Virus record (IMG/VR): IMGVR_UViG_2874956758_000005
DNA: 40,694 nucleotides
From: a virus
Taxonomy: Duplodnaviria > Heunggongvirae > Uroviricota > Caudoviricetes
Direction: 5' to 3' (one strand)
Shown: piece by piece, positions 39,277-40,694 of the stretch
Numbering within the stretch: the stretch's first letter is position 1
How the letters are laid out: every line of letters starts with the position of its first letter
Notes under the pieces: model-generated
The model's input: the letters and a program-made list of their open reading frames with translations, nothing else
The model's database searches: none
Told to the model about the DNA's origin: nothing
Position numbers and translations under genes: made by a program

Positions 39277-39337
39277 TGTTCAACCGTCGCCAGTTGTCGT
39301 TGATATTCTGCAACTGGCGCGTTCCGGAGTGATAGCC

Positions 39338-39607
39338 ATGAGCGAACAGTACCTGATAACGCTCGACGAGTGGAAACCAAAACGGTTCAGTCTCCCAATA
39401 ACAAACACTACCCTGGTGAAATACGGAAAACTAGGATACATCGTTCCAAGGCCACAAAAAATTCGTGGGCGTTGGCTGATAGATCGCCGAGCAGTATTTG
39501 TTGGGCCTGGTGAAACGGGAATTGCGCCGGAAATTCATACTGGCGATGATGATGCACTGAAGGAGATTTTAACTCATGTCACCGAGGCCACGAAAAAACA
39601 GCACTGA
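39338..39607 (+). CDS. xis: putative excisionase
   Basis: 89-aa ORF from ATG 39338 (GGAG RBS) immediately upstream of and overlapping the integrase gene. Confidence 0.5.
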   Translation: MSEQYLITLDEWKPKRFSLPITNTTLVKYGKLGYIVPRPQKIRGRWLIDRRAVFVGPGETGIAPEIHTGDDDALKEILTHVTEATKKQH

Positions 39608-40694
39608 CGTAGCCGGTCTTTACGAAAAGTTTGATCGCAGAACTGGCAGAGTTTACTACCAGTATAAAAATCCTGTGACTGGAAAATTTCACGGACTCGG
39701 AACAGACAAAGGTAAGGCAGAAAAAATCGCTTCCACAGCCAATCAGCGAATAGCTGCAGCAGAAGCTGAATATTTCATGCGCAAAATTGATGAAAGTCCG
39801 TCAGCAACAAAACGTCGGGGTATCAGATTAAAGGCATGGGTTGATCGATATCTGAAAATACAGGACACGCGACTGAAAAATGGAGATATTGCAGCTACAA
39901 CTCACAAAGAAAAAACTCGAATGGCTGCATACCTGGTTTCCCGTCTGGGAAACCACCCATTGAAAGAACTGGAAGTAAGAGACTTTGCATTAATACTGGA
40001 TGAGTGGCTGGATAAAGACATGGTCAGCACAGCGAGAGTAAATCGTGGATTATGGGTTGATATTTATAAAGAAGCACAGCATGCAGGGGAAGTTCCTCCT
40101 GGATGGAATCCTCCGGAGGCTACCCGTAAACCGATCCCTAAAGTAACCAGAGCCAGGCTCACCATGGAAGACTGGCAAAAAATTTACAATGCAACGCCTG
40201 AAAAACACTTTATCCGTAACGCAATGCTTCTTGCGATTGTTACTGGTCAGCGCCGTGATGACATTTGCCACATGCGTTTTTCAGATGTGTGGAACGAACA
40301 CTTGCATATCACCCAGGGAAAAACCGGAATGCGTCTGGCGTTACCGCTTACACTACGCTGTGATGCCATTGGGATAACGTTAAAAGAAGTTATTGATGGG
40401 TGCCGAGACAGAATATTAAGTCCATATCTAATCCATAGTCGGCACCAGAAACAACCGAAGCCGATGAGTAAAGACAACCTGAGCGACTACTTTGCCAAAG
40501 CACGGGATCTGGCTGGGATAATTCCACCAGCAGGAAAAACTCCGCCAACATTTCATGAACAACGCTCTCTATCAGAACGGCTGTACCGTGCACAGGGTAT
40601 CGATACAAAAACATTACTAGGACATAAAGTCCAGGCAACCACCGATCGCTATAACGATACTCGAGGTCAGGAATGGGTTAAGTTGGTTATTTAA
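39576..40694 (+). CDS. int: lambda-family tyrosine integrase
   Basis: 372-aa ORF; catalytic region ...LAIVTGQRRDDICHMRFSDV...HEQRSLSERLYRAQ...LLGHKVQATTDRYNDTRGQEWVKL with R, H-x-x-R and Tyr; stop at window end. Confidence 0.9.
   Translation: MSPRPRKNSTDVAGLYEKFDRRTGRVYYQYKNPVTGKFHGLGTDKGKAEKIASTANQRIAAAEAEYFMRKIDESPSATKRRGIRLKAWVDRYLKIQDTRLKNGDIAATTHKEKTRMAAYLVSRLGNHPLKELEVRDFALILDEWLDKDMVSTARVNRGLWVDIYKEAQHAGEVPPGWNPPEATRKPIPKVTRARLTMEDWQKIYNATPEKHFIRNAMLLAIVTGQRRDDICHMRFSDVWNEHLHITQGKTGMRLALPLTLRCDAIGITLKEVIDGCRDRILSPYLIHSRHQKQPKPMSKDNLSDYFAKARDLAGIIPPAGKTPPTFHEQRSLSERLYRAQGIDTKTLLGHKVQATTDRYNDTRGQEWVKLVI

Overview
The window is almost entirely one lambdoid prophage, lying in reverse orientation and apparently complete from the integrase (right edge) to the tail-fibre assembly gene (left edge); both att junctions lie outside the window. 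Reading the minus strand from high to low coordinates the order is: int/xis and a recombination-exonuclease gene (plus strand, 36.8-40.7 kb); a cluster of small genes; a cI-like repressor divergent from cro; Rac-like early genes (YdaT-like, O-like initiator with iterons, DnaC-like loader); a nin-type region carrying an inserted ParD/ParE-like toxin-antitoxin pair and a BsuBI/PstI-type restriction-modification pair; DUF968, RusA and a putative Q antiterminator; four tightly packed tRNA genes; a phage-21-type lysis cassette (pinholin S, SAR endolysin R, Rz/Rz1); HNH endonuclease plus small and large terminase; an HK97-type head module; and a lambda-type tail module (V-like, G/G-T frameshift chaperone, H, M, L, K, I, J, lom, stf, tfa). 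The most unusual items are the defence/addiction morons in the nin region, a RecE-like protein whose C-terminal nuclease is a DEDDh 3'-5' exonuclease with no RecT partner, a repressor with no autocleavage domain, irregular tRNA genes, and a structured 560-bp non-coding stretch. All calls rest on reading the ORF translations and the DNA directly; no database search was possible, so family names are motif-level recognitions.
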